Virus record (IMG/VR): IMGVR_UViG_3300002158_000015
Origin: an uncultured virus (IMG/VR IMGVR_UViG_3300002158_000015)
Taxonomy: Duplodnaviria; Heunggongvirae; Uroviricota; Caudoviricetes
Length of the DNA stretch: 64,000 nt
Direction: 5' to 3' (one strand)
Shown here: positions 27,627 to 34,810 of the stretch, piece by piece
Numbering within the stretch: the stretch's first letter is position 1
How the letters are laid out: each line of letters opens with the position of its first letter
Translations under genes and position numbers: made by a program
Notes under the pieces: model-generated
Seen by the model: the letters and a program-made list of their open reading frames with translations, nothing else
The model's database searches: none
Told to the model about the DNA's origin: nothing

Positions 27627-27932
27627 TTGCTGGGAGAGAAGCTGTTGTCCAAGAAAGCTATTGAGGTCGATAGGCCGAAGGGTGTTCGTGTAACCGACCC
27701 CTATCAAATACCCGTCACGTTCGTTAACGAGGTCGCCACCTGCGGCATTATTAATGGCGTCATGAACATGACCTTCGTCGTTGCTCGTTTCATGCCCGGC
27801 GAAGAGAAAACTGACGCGGACCTCGTTGTCGCATCCCGCCTTCGTTTCGATCTCAATACGGCAATTACGATCAGGAATATGATCGATAGTCAGCTTGCCA
27901 TGCATGCGAAGCCTGAGGGGCCAGCGAACTGA
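27627..27932 (+). CDS. Antisense moron protein, beta-rich (DUF3467-like pattern)
   Basis: Globular-looking sequence (PVTFVNEV...NMTFVVARF...VVASRLRF). Confidence 0.55.
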   Translation: MLGEKLLSKKAIEVDRPKGVRVTDPYQIPVTFVNEVATCGIINGVMNMTFVVARFMPGEEKTDADLVVASRLRFDLNTAITIRNMIDSQLAMHAKPEGPAN

Positions 27933-27940
27933 TCGCGTCG

Positions 27941-28264
27941 TCATGCCACCCTCTCTTCCTGGGAGGGGCCGAAGATGTCGGGGCGGAGATCGTGGCGAGA
28001 AATAACCGAATTGGTGGCGCGTTCGAACCCAAGCGACATTTCAGCGCTAAGTTGGCCGCCCTCTCGCAGAAGCAATGAAATGTACTGCTGCGAGCAGCCG
28101 ACTTCTTTGGCGAGCCTGTTGCGGACCATGTACTCTTTCTCACGCCGAGATTTCGTCTCGGCTTCCATAAGTTCATCTGCCCACTGAGCAGCCTCGATCA
28201 ACGCCGTACTCATGTCAGCCCCGGAAAGATTGTTTCCGATTTCGGAAATTCTTTTGTCGGACAT
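27941..28264 (-). CDS. Chimeric CII-like/Cro-like HTH protein
   Basis: C-terminal YdaS/Cro-type HTH (LAKEVGCSQQYIS...ERAT...SRHDLRPDIFG). Confidence 0.7.
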   Translation of the reverse strand: MSDKRISEIGNNLSGADMSTALIEAAQWADELMEAETKSRREKEYMVRNRLAKEVGCSQQYISLLLREGGQLSAEMSLGFERATNSVISRHDLRPDIFGPSQEERVA

Positions 28265-28770
28265 GTTGATTTCCCTTCGGTACTTATGTGTCCGTCACAA
28301 GTACTGACTGAGCCGGTTGATCCGGCAGAAGGGGTAAGAAAGTGCAGTCGATTGGCGAACTCGCGCGCGGTGTCCTGGCAGACTGTGAGCGCGCGATGAG
28401 AGCCAACGGGATGAAGGTGTCGGGCGACCTTAGACGGCCCGAAGGAATAGAAAGGCCGGGAGCCGCGCGACAGACGCAGCAAGCTCCCGGCAGTCACATC
28501 ACCGTGGGAGGACGCGGTGACGATCACGCTACGGCCAACGGAGAAAAGCGCAGCGGATTGGAAAGAGATCGGGGTACGGTGTCCGGTTGTTTCCTGACAG
28601 CCGCCGTACCCCTGAACGCGGGCGGAACTGACATGCCCAAAGATCGCGCAGATGCGCCCCACGTATTTGAAAAGCGCCGCAACCCCGCAGTCGGCGCTTG
28701 GCTGGGAGAGAGTGGTCCTCGTCACTCTCGCCCAGCCGTTTTGCGGGGAGCAAATGATAATCGCCGTCAT
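28210..28770 (-). CDS. Hypothetical ORF (paralog of 27067-27573)
   Basis: ATGA coupling to GapR-like gene stop. Confidence 0.35.
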   Translation of the reverse strand: MTAIIICSPQNGWARVTRTTLSQPSADCGVAALFKYVGRICAIFGHVSSARVQGYGGCQETTGHRTPISFQSAALFSVGRSVIVTASSHGDVTAGSLLRLSRGSRPFYSFGPSKVARHLHPVGSHRALTVCQDTAREFANRLHFLTPSAGSTGSVSTCDGHISTEGKSTCPTKEFPKSETIFPGLT

Positions 28771-28803
28771 GCCGCCCTCCCCGGCTTATTCAGCCAGAGT
28801 TGA
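28342..28803 (+). CDS. Hypothetical antisense ORF (paralog of 27142-27621)
   Basis: GTG start with AAGGGG RBS; shared motifs with paralog. Confidence 0.4.
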   Translation: MQSIGELARGVLADCERAMRANGMKVSGDLRRPEGIERPGAARQTQQAPGSHITVGGRGDDHATANGEKRSGLERDRGTVSGCFLTAAVPLNAGGTDMPKDRADAPHVFEKRRNPAVGAWLGESGPRHSRPAVLRGANDNRRHAALPGLFSQS

Positions 28804-29255
28804 GACGGGTCAAAGCCATCATCGGAAATTTCGCCCGAGGTAGTGGCAAGGGGGGCTTGGGGCTCTACCTCGGGCTCGGCAGGGAGAGGGTCTGCCGAAT
28901 GGGAAAAGGGTGCCGCGATTTTGTCGCCCCGGCTCGCGGCGGGCTCTTGGGTGGAGACGCGGTGAAGAGGGACAAAGTCCTCACCATGCGACGAAGCTTC
29001 ACGCGTGCGTCCCGCGCGAGGGCTGTTCAGACTGGCCCGGTACAGATCGCATATCGCATCAAATTCTTGGAGGGCGTCCTTGTCGCCAACCTGTTCGCGG
29101 AACACCGCGCGCAGGGCCTTCGTGTCGAGGCCTTGGCCGCGAGCTTCCGCGAACAACTCCTTGAGGTCGTCGGAGATGTTGCGCTTCTCTTCCTCAAGAC
29201 GCTCCCAGCGCTCGAACAGCGAGCGGATCAAGTTGTCGGAGACGGTCGCGCTCAT
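28767..29255 (-). CDS. GapR/DUF2312-family DNA-binding protein with C-terminal extension
   Basis: IRSLFERWERLEEEKRNISDDLKELFAEARGQGLDTKALR motif. Confidence 0.85.
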   Translation of the reverse strand: MSATVSDNLIRSLFERWERLEEEKRNISDDLKELFAEARGQGLDTKALRAVFREQVGDKDALQEFDAICDLYRASLNSPRAGRTREASSHGEDFVPLHRVSTQEPAASRGDKIAAPFSHSADPLPAEPEVEPQAPLATTSGEISDDGFDPSQLWLNKPGRAA

Positions 29256-29446
29256 GCCACCCGCTCTTCTTGGGAGATCGGTGTTTCGCCAGCCATTTGG
29301 AGCAATAGCGCACGCGCGGTTCCACGTGGCGGCTTGCCATTCTCCCAACGCCAAACGGTTGAGAGATTTACACCAGCCAAATCGGCCAACTCCCTTTGAG
29401 TGAGGCCGCGATCAGCACGAATTTGTTTGATGTCCAAGTCGCTCAT
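29252..29446 (-). CDS. Cro-like HTH regulator
   Basis: IKQIR...GLTQRELADLAGVNLSTVWRWENG; divergent from repressor. Confidence 0.88.
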   Translation of the reverse strand: MSDLDIKQIRADRGLTQRELADLAGVNLSTVWRWENGKPPRGTARALLLQMAGETPISQEERVA

Positions 29447-29455
29447 GGCGATGGA

Positions 29456-29519
29456 ATATGCGTTATGCATATCGCTTCGTCAAGTCGAAACGCATATCGA
29501 TAACGTGCAAAATGCACAC
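29456..29519. promoter_or_regulatory. OR operators and PR promoter
   Basis: ATATGC-GTTAT-GCATAT (29456-29472), ACGTGC-AAAAT-GCACAC (29503-29519); minus-strand TTGACG-N17-CATATT. Confidence 0.8.
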
Positions 29520-29520
29520 C

Positions 29521-29943
29521 ATGGCATTTGATGATCGTCCGGACCAGGCAAAGCGACTAGAAAAGGCGCGGGTAAACCGTGGCTTTCGCACAGCTAAGGA
29601 GGCGGCCCGTTTTTTCGGGTGGACCTACGAAACCTATATCCAGCATGAGCAAGGAATTCGAGGTATCAGCCGCGCCGCAGGCCGCTACGCAGAGGCGTTT
29701 CGCGTAGGGGAAGGCTGGTTGTTGACCGGTGAGGGAACGGGCGGCCCACCACCCAAGATCAGTGGAGAGAGGGCCGTAAAGGATCTACTTCGTACGATTG
29801 AGAATCTGCCGGAAGCTGCCGTCAACCCACTATGGCGCCTGATCAGCGGATATCTGGAAGACGCCGGGCAATCAGAACCAACCCCTCCTCCAGATCAAAC
29901 TGTACTCGCCAATCGCCCCCGTACAGAAGCGCCATCGCGGTAG
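29521..29943 (+). CDS. Prophage repressor (XRE HTH, no S24 peptidase domain)
   Basis: RLEKAR...TAKEAARFFGW...TYIQHEQG...WLLTGEG; only 140 aa. Confidence 0.85.
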   Translation: MAFDDRPDQAKRLEKARVNRGFRTAKEAARFFGWTYETYIQHEQGIRGISRAAGRYAEAFRVGEGWLLTGEGTGGPPPKISGERAVKDLLRTIENLPEAAVNPLWRLISGYLEDAGQSEPTPPPDQTVLANRPRTEAPSR

Positions 29944-30070
29944 ATATCTCTGCCGCCTTACGCTTGATAATCATCTTCTGATCGAGGGGAGCCCCCACAC
30001 CGGCTGTATTTCTCAGGTCTGCGACTATTGCTTCGTTCCGCGCCTGCTGGCGCAGTTGATGATCCGCCAA
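29843..30070 (-). CDS. Small protein convergent with repressor; candidate antirepressor
   Basis: TTG start with GGGAG RBS; upstream LexA-like box. Confidence 0.6.
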   Translation of the reverse strand: MADHQLRQQARNEAIVADLRNTAGVGAPLDQKMIIKRKAAEISTAMALLYGGDWRVQFDLEEGLVLIARRLPDIR

Positions 30071-30096
30071 TTCATCTCACTCCCAAGCCCAATTCG

Positions 30097-30111
30097 GAAT
30101 ATAATAGGAAC
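30097..30111 (-). promoter_or_regulatory. Alphaproteobacterial LexA (SOS) box
   Basis: GTTC-CTATTAT-ATTC on minus strand, one mismatch to GTTC-N7-GTTC, downstream of TTGACA (30127-30132). Confidence 0.6.
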
Positions 30112-30315
30112 AAATTCCTTATCTTCTGTCAATCGGGCGTGCCCCCTCGCCACATGTCCAATTTTCGCCACAGGCCCTATCGTTTTCTTAACGTAATATT
30201 CCGACTTGTAACAACGCGGTGTGAATAGCGGGGATATGATACCGTACTTTGGTACTATCCTACCAATTAATGGAACGATTTCGGGACGTTAAGCTTTCGG
30301 CCATAAGGACGGGCC

Positions 30316-30531
30316 ATGCCACAGTCCGAGCCGCCGAGCTTCCATATCCGGTTGTCAGCCGCCCTCATGAAGCGAATAAAACTCGCTGCCGTTGAGAATG
30401 ATCGCAGCATCAACGCTGAAATTGCGGCACGAGTTGAAGGCTCTTTCGAGATATCAGACGCTGAACGCCGTCGGCTACGCGAGGCGCTGACTCAGGCCTT
30501 AGCGATTCTCGACAAAGGAGCTTCAAAATAG
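30316..30531 (+). CDS. Arc-family ribbon-helix-helix regulator
   Basis: PSFHIRL...IKLAAVENDRSINAEIAARVE. Confidence 0.88.
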   Translation: MPQSEPPSFHIRLSAALMKRIKLAAVENDRSINAEIAARVEGSFEISDAERRRLREALTQALAILDKGASK

Positions 30532-30552
30532 CTCGCCATCCTGGTTGATCTG

Positions 30553-30574
30553 GCCCGCCTCGTGCGGGCTTTTT
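30553..30574 (+). terminator. Rho-independent terminator
   Basis: GCCCGC/GCGGGC stem plus T5. Confidence 0.75.
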
Positions 30575-30616
30575 CATGCCCATAGATTCGCACGGCTAAA
30601 TAGCGACATCAAAATA

Positions 30617-30667
30617 ATATGCCTTTCGCACATTTTCGCTTGACGATCTGATATGCATAATGCACAT
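30617..30667 (+). promoter_or_regulatory. OL operators and PL promoter
   Basis: ATATGC-CTTTC-GCACAT and ATATGC-ATAAT-GCACAT; CTTGACG...CACATT nearly identical to PR. Confidence 0.8.
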
Positions 30668-30737
30668 TGCTCTCATCAACCCAGCACGACGAGCACCCAA
30701 CGGGGCGCCGATCTGCCGGAAACGATGGGAGAGACAG

Positions 30738-30941
30738 ATGGTAACGATCACAGCACGAAACGACAGCTACGTCAGCGGCAAGCGTACCCGCCTCTGGGAT
30801 GTCATTCGCGACGGCAAGATCGTCGCCCAGATGTCCAAGTCTTCCGAGGCCTTCGCCAAGTACCGCATTCTGGCCGGTCCTGTTTACCGCAACGACTTCA
30901 CCAATCAGTCCGCCGCTTTGGCGTTCTGCGAAGCCCTGTGA
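30738..30941 (+). CDS. First early-left gene, hypothetical
   Basis: GGAGAG RBS, ATG 30738. Confidence 0.65.
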   Translation: MVTITARNDSYVSGKRTRLWDVIRDGKIVAQMSKSSEAFAKYRILAGPVYRNDFTNQSAALAFCEAL

Positions 30942-30951
30942 GGGTCGACCG

Positions 30952-31167
30952 ATGCGCATCAAGGAAATCATCGGCCAGCATCGCCGTGACTTCACCGCGA
31001 TCTACGAATGCGACCATTGCGGCGAGACCCGCAAGGGCACCGGCTACGACGATGCCTACTTCCACGAGAACGTCATTCCGAACATGGAATGCAAGGCGTG
31101 CGGCAAGAAGGCGTCCGAGACCTATCGCGCGCTGACGACCAAGTACCCGGAAGGGATGCAGGTCTGA
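30952..31167 (+). CDS. Small zinc-ribbon protein
   Basis: CDHC and CKAC pairs. Confidence 0.75.
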   Translation: MRIKEIIGQHRRDFTAIYECDHCGETRKGTGYDDAYFHENVIPNMECKACGKKASETYRALTTKYPEGMQV

Positions 31168-31544
31168 TGAACGCCCCCCTCGCCCAAACCTTCGCCGACC
31201 TGACCCGTCCTCTCATGTCGATGGCCTCGCACGACCGTGCCGACCGTCTCGGTGACACGTGGCGCCACGCCTTAAGCGGCATCCGCGAGGATATCCGTTT
31301 CATCGGCCAGTATCGCAAAGTGATCGCTGAGAAGGATGAATTGCTGGCCGGAAAGTGGCCGCGTCACTCGGCAGCCTACGTCTCGGCTTGCCGCACCAAT
31401 CTTGCAACGACGCTCAAGAGGTATACCGCCCGCGTCCGTGCCATCACCGAAGCCGAACAGGAAATGACCGCACTCGGCATTCCTTTCGCCACGTCGTCCG
31501 ACGCTTGGGATGCGATGGCGATTGCGAACCGGAGGGCCGCCTGA
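31167..31544 (+). CDS. Hypothetical phage protein
   Basis: TGATG coupling on both sides. Confidence 0.7.
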   Translation: MNAPLAQTFADLTRPLMSMASHDRADRLGDTWRHALSGIREDIRFIGQYRKVIAEKDELLAGKWPRHSAAYVSACRTNLATTLKRYTARVRAITEAEQEMTALGIPFATSSDAWDAMAIANRRAA

Positions 31545-31759
31545 TGGAACAGACCCTCAAGCAACTCTGCGCCGAGCACGGGCTGACCGGCATCGGCGTC
31601 AACATCTTCCGGGCCGACACCGGCCCTTATGTGGGCGTCTACCTGCATTGGAAGCACGGCGAAGACAGCTGCTCCAGCGGTATCGGAGACACCTTTGAGG
31701 CCGCCATGGGTCAGGCCCTCACCGTCATGGCTGAGCGCCGCACACCGAGGGCCGCCTGA
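31544..31759 (+). CDS. Hypothetical phage protein
   Basis: TGATG coupling; flanked by 15-bp repeat. Confidence 0.7.
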   Translation: MEQTLKQLCAEHGLTGIGVNIFRADTGPYVGVYLHWKHGEDSCSSGIGDTFEAAMGQALTVMAERRTPRAA

Positions 31760-32010
31760 TGTCGGCTCCCGTTTCCACCCGCGAAAAGCGGATCAAGTTC
31801 ATCAAATCGTTCGGCTCGAATGCGCTCGAAAAAGCAATCACCGCAGCCGTCTACCGGATTGGTGCCGAGCATTTCCTGACCGACGAACAGCTTGACGAGA
31901 TCGTCGAGCAACAGGCGCGAGACGCAATGTCTACGACCCGTCGTGTCATCCGTAACCGCAACGAGATCAAGGCCGAATTGGCCCGGTATCGCAACGATGA
32001 GGCCGCATAG
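31759..32010 (+). CDS. Hypothetical phage protein
   Basis: Coupled ORF. Confidence 0.7.
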   Translation: MSAPVSTREKRIKFIKSFGSNALEKAITAAVYRIGAEHFLTDEQLDEIVEQQARDAMSTTRRVIRNRNEIKAELARYRNDEAA

Positions 32011-32012
32011 CC

Positions 32013-32450
32013 ATGGACACCAAGACCATCGACACGATCAAGGCGCTGCGCTCGGAAGCGGCCAATTTCGCCGGGTTCCACGAACTCTACTCGGCCAAGT
32101 ATGCGCCCGACAGTCGTTGCGACAAGAAAGGCTACGGCTTCGGGATTGATAACCGGTTCTCGGCTTTCGAGATCAAGACCAGCTTCGACAGCCATGCCGG
32201 ATATTACGGCAACTCGTCATGCAGCACGATCATGCGCGTCTATCACACCGATCTGGTCAAGCCGTTCCTGATCAAGGCGCTGAACGTCCACCAAAAGGAA
32301 ATCTTCGCCACGGCTGCGCGCCTGATGCGCGAGGAAGCCTCTCGTCTGACCGACAAGGCAACCGCCGAGGTCGAGGCGATCCAGAAGATGCTTGAGGAGG
32401 CAAAGGCCGTCCTTAGCGTCGAGCCTGCTCCTGTCGAGGAGGTGGCGTGA
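32013..32450 (+). CDS. Hypothetical phage protein
   Basis: Coupled ORF, good codon usage. Confidence 0.7.
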   Translation: MDTKTIDTIKALRSEAANFAGFHELYSAKYAPDSRCDKKGYGFGIDNRFSAFEIKTSFDSHAGYYGNSSCSTIMRVYHTDLVKPFLIKALNVHQKEIFATAARLMREEASRLTDKATAEVEAIQKMLEEAKAVLSVEPAPVEEVA

Positions 32451-32689
32451 TGTCCGATCTCCTACGCATGGACTACATCAACCGCCTGCCCCCTCCGTTT
32501 CTGGCCCGCTTCTGTGGCGACAAGACATGGTGGCCGGTCAACGATTTCGAGGTCCAGACGGGCCTCATGCGGATTGACGTTTGCGGCAAACTGCAAGTCA
32601 AAAGCTTCGGCGAATGCATGGAAATCAAGGACGGAAATCTAAGCGTCCACGATCCAGAGACCTTCTACGTGGACTACGCGGAGACGTGA
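32447..32689 (+). CDS. Hypothetical phage protein
   Basis: Coupled ORF. Confidence 0.7.
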   Translation: MMSDLLRMDYINRLPPPFLARFCGDKTWWPVNDFEVQTGLMRIDVCGKLQVKSFGECMEIKDGNLSVHDPETFYVDYAET

Positions 32690-32802
32690 TGTCCGCCCTC
32701 GACCACATCACCAACCGCCTGTTCCACAACCCACGCCTCGCATGCGCGCTGCTTTGCGCCGCGATCCTGCTGGCGGGGCAACTCGACGGGAGACTTCCCT
32801 GA
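32689..32802 (+). CDS. Very small hydrophobic protein
   Basis: MSALDHITNRLFHNPRLACALLCAAILLAGQLDGRLP; TGATG coupling. Confidence 0.5.
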   Translation: MSALDHITNRLFHNPRLACALLCAAILLAGQLDGRLP

Positions 32803-32826
32803 CCGCCTGACAACGAGGACACCACT

Positions 32827-34203
32827 ATGACCAATATCATTCGCACAAAGACCAAAGCCCACGGCGGCATTACAGCCCGCGAGAAGGAATTGATGGACGA
32901 GCATGCCCGTCTCTGGATTTCGCGCGCCATGCGCACTGATCCAATCGAGGCTGACAAGATCGTCCCGGCTATCGAGGGCATCTACGCGGCGGCAGGATTG
33001 AAGCGCCCGCGCATCGTCATTGTTCCGTCGCCAATGGTCATGGCCTTTGCCTACGGTGCATCCGCAGCTATCTGGCACGCACAGAAGAACAAGGCGACCC
33101 GTCAGGCGACCCGTCAGGCGACCTATCAGGCGACCGATCAGGCGACCGATCAGGCGACCTATCAGGCGACCTATCAGGCGACCCGTCAGGCGACCGATCA
33201 GGCGACCTATCAGGCGACCTATCAGGCGACCTATCAGGCGACCTATCAGGCGACCGATCAGGCGACCGATCAGGCGACCGATCAGGCGACCCGTCAGGCG
33301 ACCTATCAGGCGACCGATCAGGCGACCTATCAGGCGACCGATCAGGCGACCTATCAGGCGACCTATCAGGCGACCTATCAGGCGACCGATCAGGCGACCC
33401 GTCAGGCGACCCGTCAGGCGACCTATCAGGCGACCTATCAGGCGACCGATCAGGCGACCTATCAGGCGACCGATCAGGCGACCTATCAGGCGGAAATCGG
33501 CGCCGTGGGCGCTTGCTACGATCTCGGCGGCGATCTTGGCATCGAATGTGCAAAGCGCTGGTGGAGTGTCTACCAGGGCGGCAACATGTGGGCCGGCTAT
33601 GACTGCTACCTAACAGCCTGCCGCGACATTCTTGGGCTCGAATTGACCAGCCACGCTGGCTATGCGGCTTGGGAGCAGGCTGCGACCCACGGCGGCTTCC
33701 GCGTCATGCATGAGGAATTCTGCATCGTCTCGGACTTCCCCGAAGTGTTGCGTGTGGACGATCAGAACAGACCGCATTGCGAAAACGGTCCTTCGCATCG
33801 CTGGAGTGATGGTTGGAGCCTTTATCACTGGCATGGCGTTCGCGTTCCTGCGGAATGGATTGAAAATCGTAAGACTATCAACCCTGCTGAAATCCTGCGT
33901 GCAGAGAACGTCGAACAGCGCGCGGCTGGCTGTGACATCGTCGGCTGGGCTCGGATGCTTGATGCTTTGCCGCACAAGATCATCGACAGCCACGAAGACC
34001 CGCAATGCGGTGATTTGATCGAAGTCACGCTTCCGGGGCTTCCTGAGCCCGAGCTTTACCTGAAATTCGAGTGCCCGCGTAACGGCCAAATGATGGAGGC
34101 CGTGAACAAGCGGGAACTCCAGAAATTTGACCTCAAGCATGCCCACGCTTGGCACGCCAATGTGCCGGCACGCCTCTTCTCTTACCCCCAGCAAAGGAGC
34201 TGA
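32827..34203 (+). CDS. DUF6745-type protein with internal QAT[R/Y/D] tetrapeptide array
   Basis: C-terminal D.Q.RPHCENGP..RWSDGWSLYHWHGV...ENVEQR; N-terminal IYAAAGLK.P.IVIV.SP. Confidence 0.85.
   Translation: MTNIIRTKTKAHGGITAREKELMDEHARLWISRAMRTDPIEADKIVPAIEGIYAAAGLKRPRIVIVPSPMVMAFAYGASAAIWHAQKNKATRQATRQATYQATDQATDQATYQATYQATRQATDQATYQATYQATYQATYQATDQATDQATDQATRQATYQATDQATYQATDQATYQATYQATYQATDQATRQATRQATYQATYQATDQATYQATDQATYQAEIGAVGACYDLGGDLGIECAKRWWSVYQGGNMWAGYDCYLTACRDILGLELTSHAGYAAWEQAATHGGFRVMHEEFCIVSDFPEVLRVDDQNRPHCENGPSHRWSDGWSLYHWHGVRVPAEWIENRKTINPAEILRAENVEQRAAGCDIVGWARMLDALPHKIIDSHEDPQCGDLIEVTLPGLPEPELYLKFECPRNGQMMEAVNKRELQKFDLKHAHAWHANVPARLFSYPQQRS
33091..33492 (+). repeat. Tandem 12-bp repeat CAGGCGACC(CGT/TAT/GAT), about 33.5 units
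   Basis: Counted directly from sequence and translation. Confidence 0.98.
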
Positions 34204-34206
34204 ACC

Positions 34207-34578
34207 ATGTCGATCTTCGACAACATCAAGGCCTGCGAACTGACTAACGCCCACGGCGAAGTGAACTTCTTCCGCATCACGGACGGAGCGCTAAACACGG
34301 CGGGTTTTACCGAGGTCAAACCGCTGAACGGCTCGTTCATTGTCGGCCACAGCGAGAGCGGCCACAACCACGTTTTGGAAGCGCACGGCGTCACGGTGAC
34401 GGAGCGCACACACAACGGAATGCGCGTCCTTCATGCAATCCTGCTGGAGCCGGTTCCACTCAAGCAATCTGCTGGCGCTCCGCACAAGCAGCAGACCGTC
34501 GAACCCGGCGAATATTTCATCACGAACAACGTCGAATACAACCCGTTCCTCGAACAGGCACGGCGAGTTGCGGACTGA
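34207..34578 (+). CDS. Small His-motif beta protein, partner of DUF6745 gene
   Basis: HGEV, GHSESGHNH, PH...VEPGEY...EYNP...RRVAD motifs. Confidence 0.8.
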   Translation: MSIFDNIKACELTNAHGEVNFFRITDGALNTAGFTEVKPLNGSFIVGHSESGHNHVLEAHGVTVTERTHNGMRVLHAILLEPVPLKQSAGAPHKQQTVEPGEYFITNNVEYNPFLEQARRVAD

Positions 34579-34624
34579 CTGGCAACGGGCGGCGCAAATG
34601 CCGCCCACCACTCTGGAGACTGTG

Positions 34625-34810
34625 ATGCACCCCGCCCCTGCCCGTTCACTGACTGCCGGCGAGTATCGGCGCAACGGCCTGAGCGCCCGTCGCTGGGCAA
34701 TGGTCTGCGCAGATGCCGGCGAACATGAAGAAGCCCGTCACCAGATTTTGCAAGCCGCGCGCATGTTCGCGGCAGCCGACGAAATAGATCACGAAAGGAA
34801 AGTCGCATGA
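34625..34810 (+). CDS. Hypothetical phage protein
   Basis: GGAG RBS; ATGA overlap with erf. Confidence 0.55.
   Translation: MHPAPARSLTAGEYRRNGLSARRWAMVCADAGEHEEARHQILQAARMFAAADEIDHERKVA

Noticed and set aside
30230..30275. Arc operator palindrome upstream of the arc-like gene
   Set aside because: Only a weak imperfect inverted repeat; too little support to call
33091..33492. Possible CRISPR array
   Set aside because: Contiguous 12-bp coding units with no unique spacers and no cas genes
33020..33613. RRPI-repeat and PDRS-repeat ORFs in other frames
   Set aside because: Open only because the repeat lacks stops; the QATx frame joins sensible flanking domains
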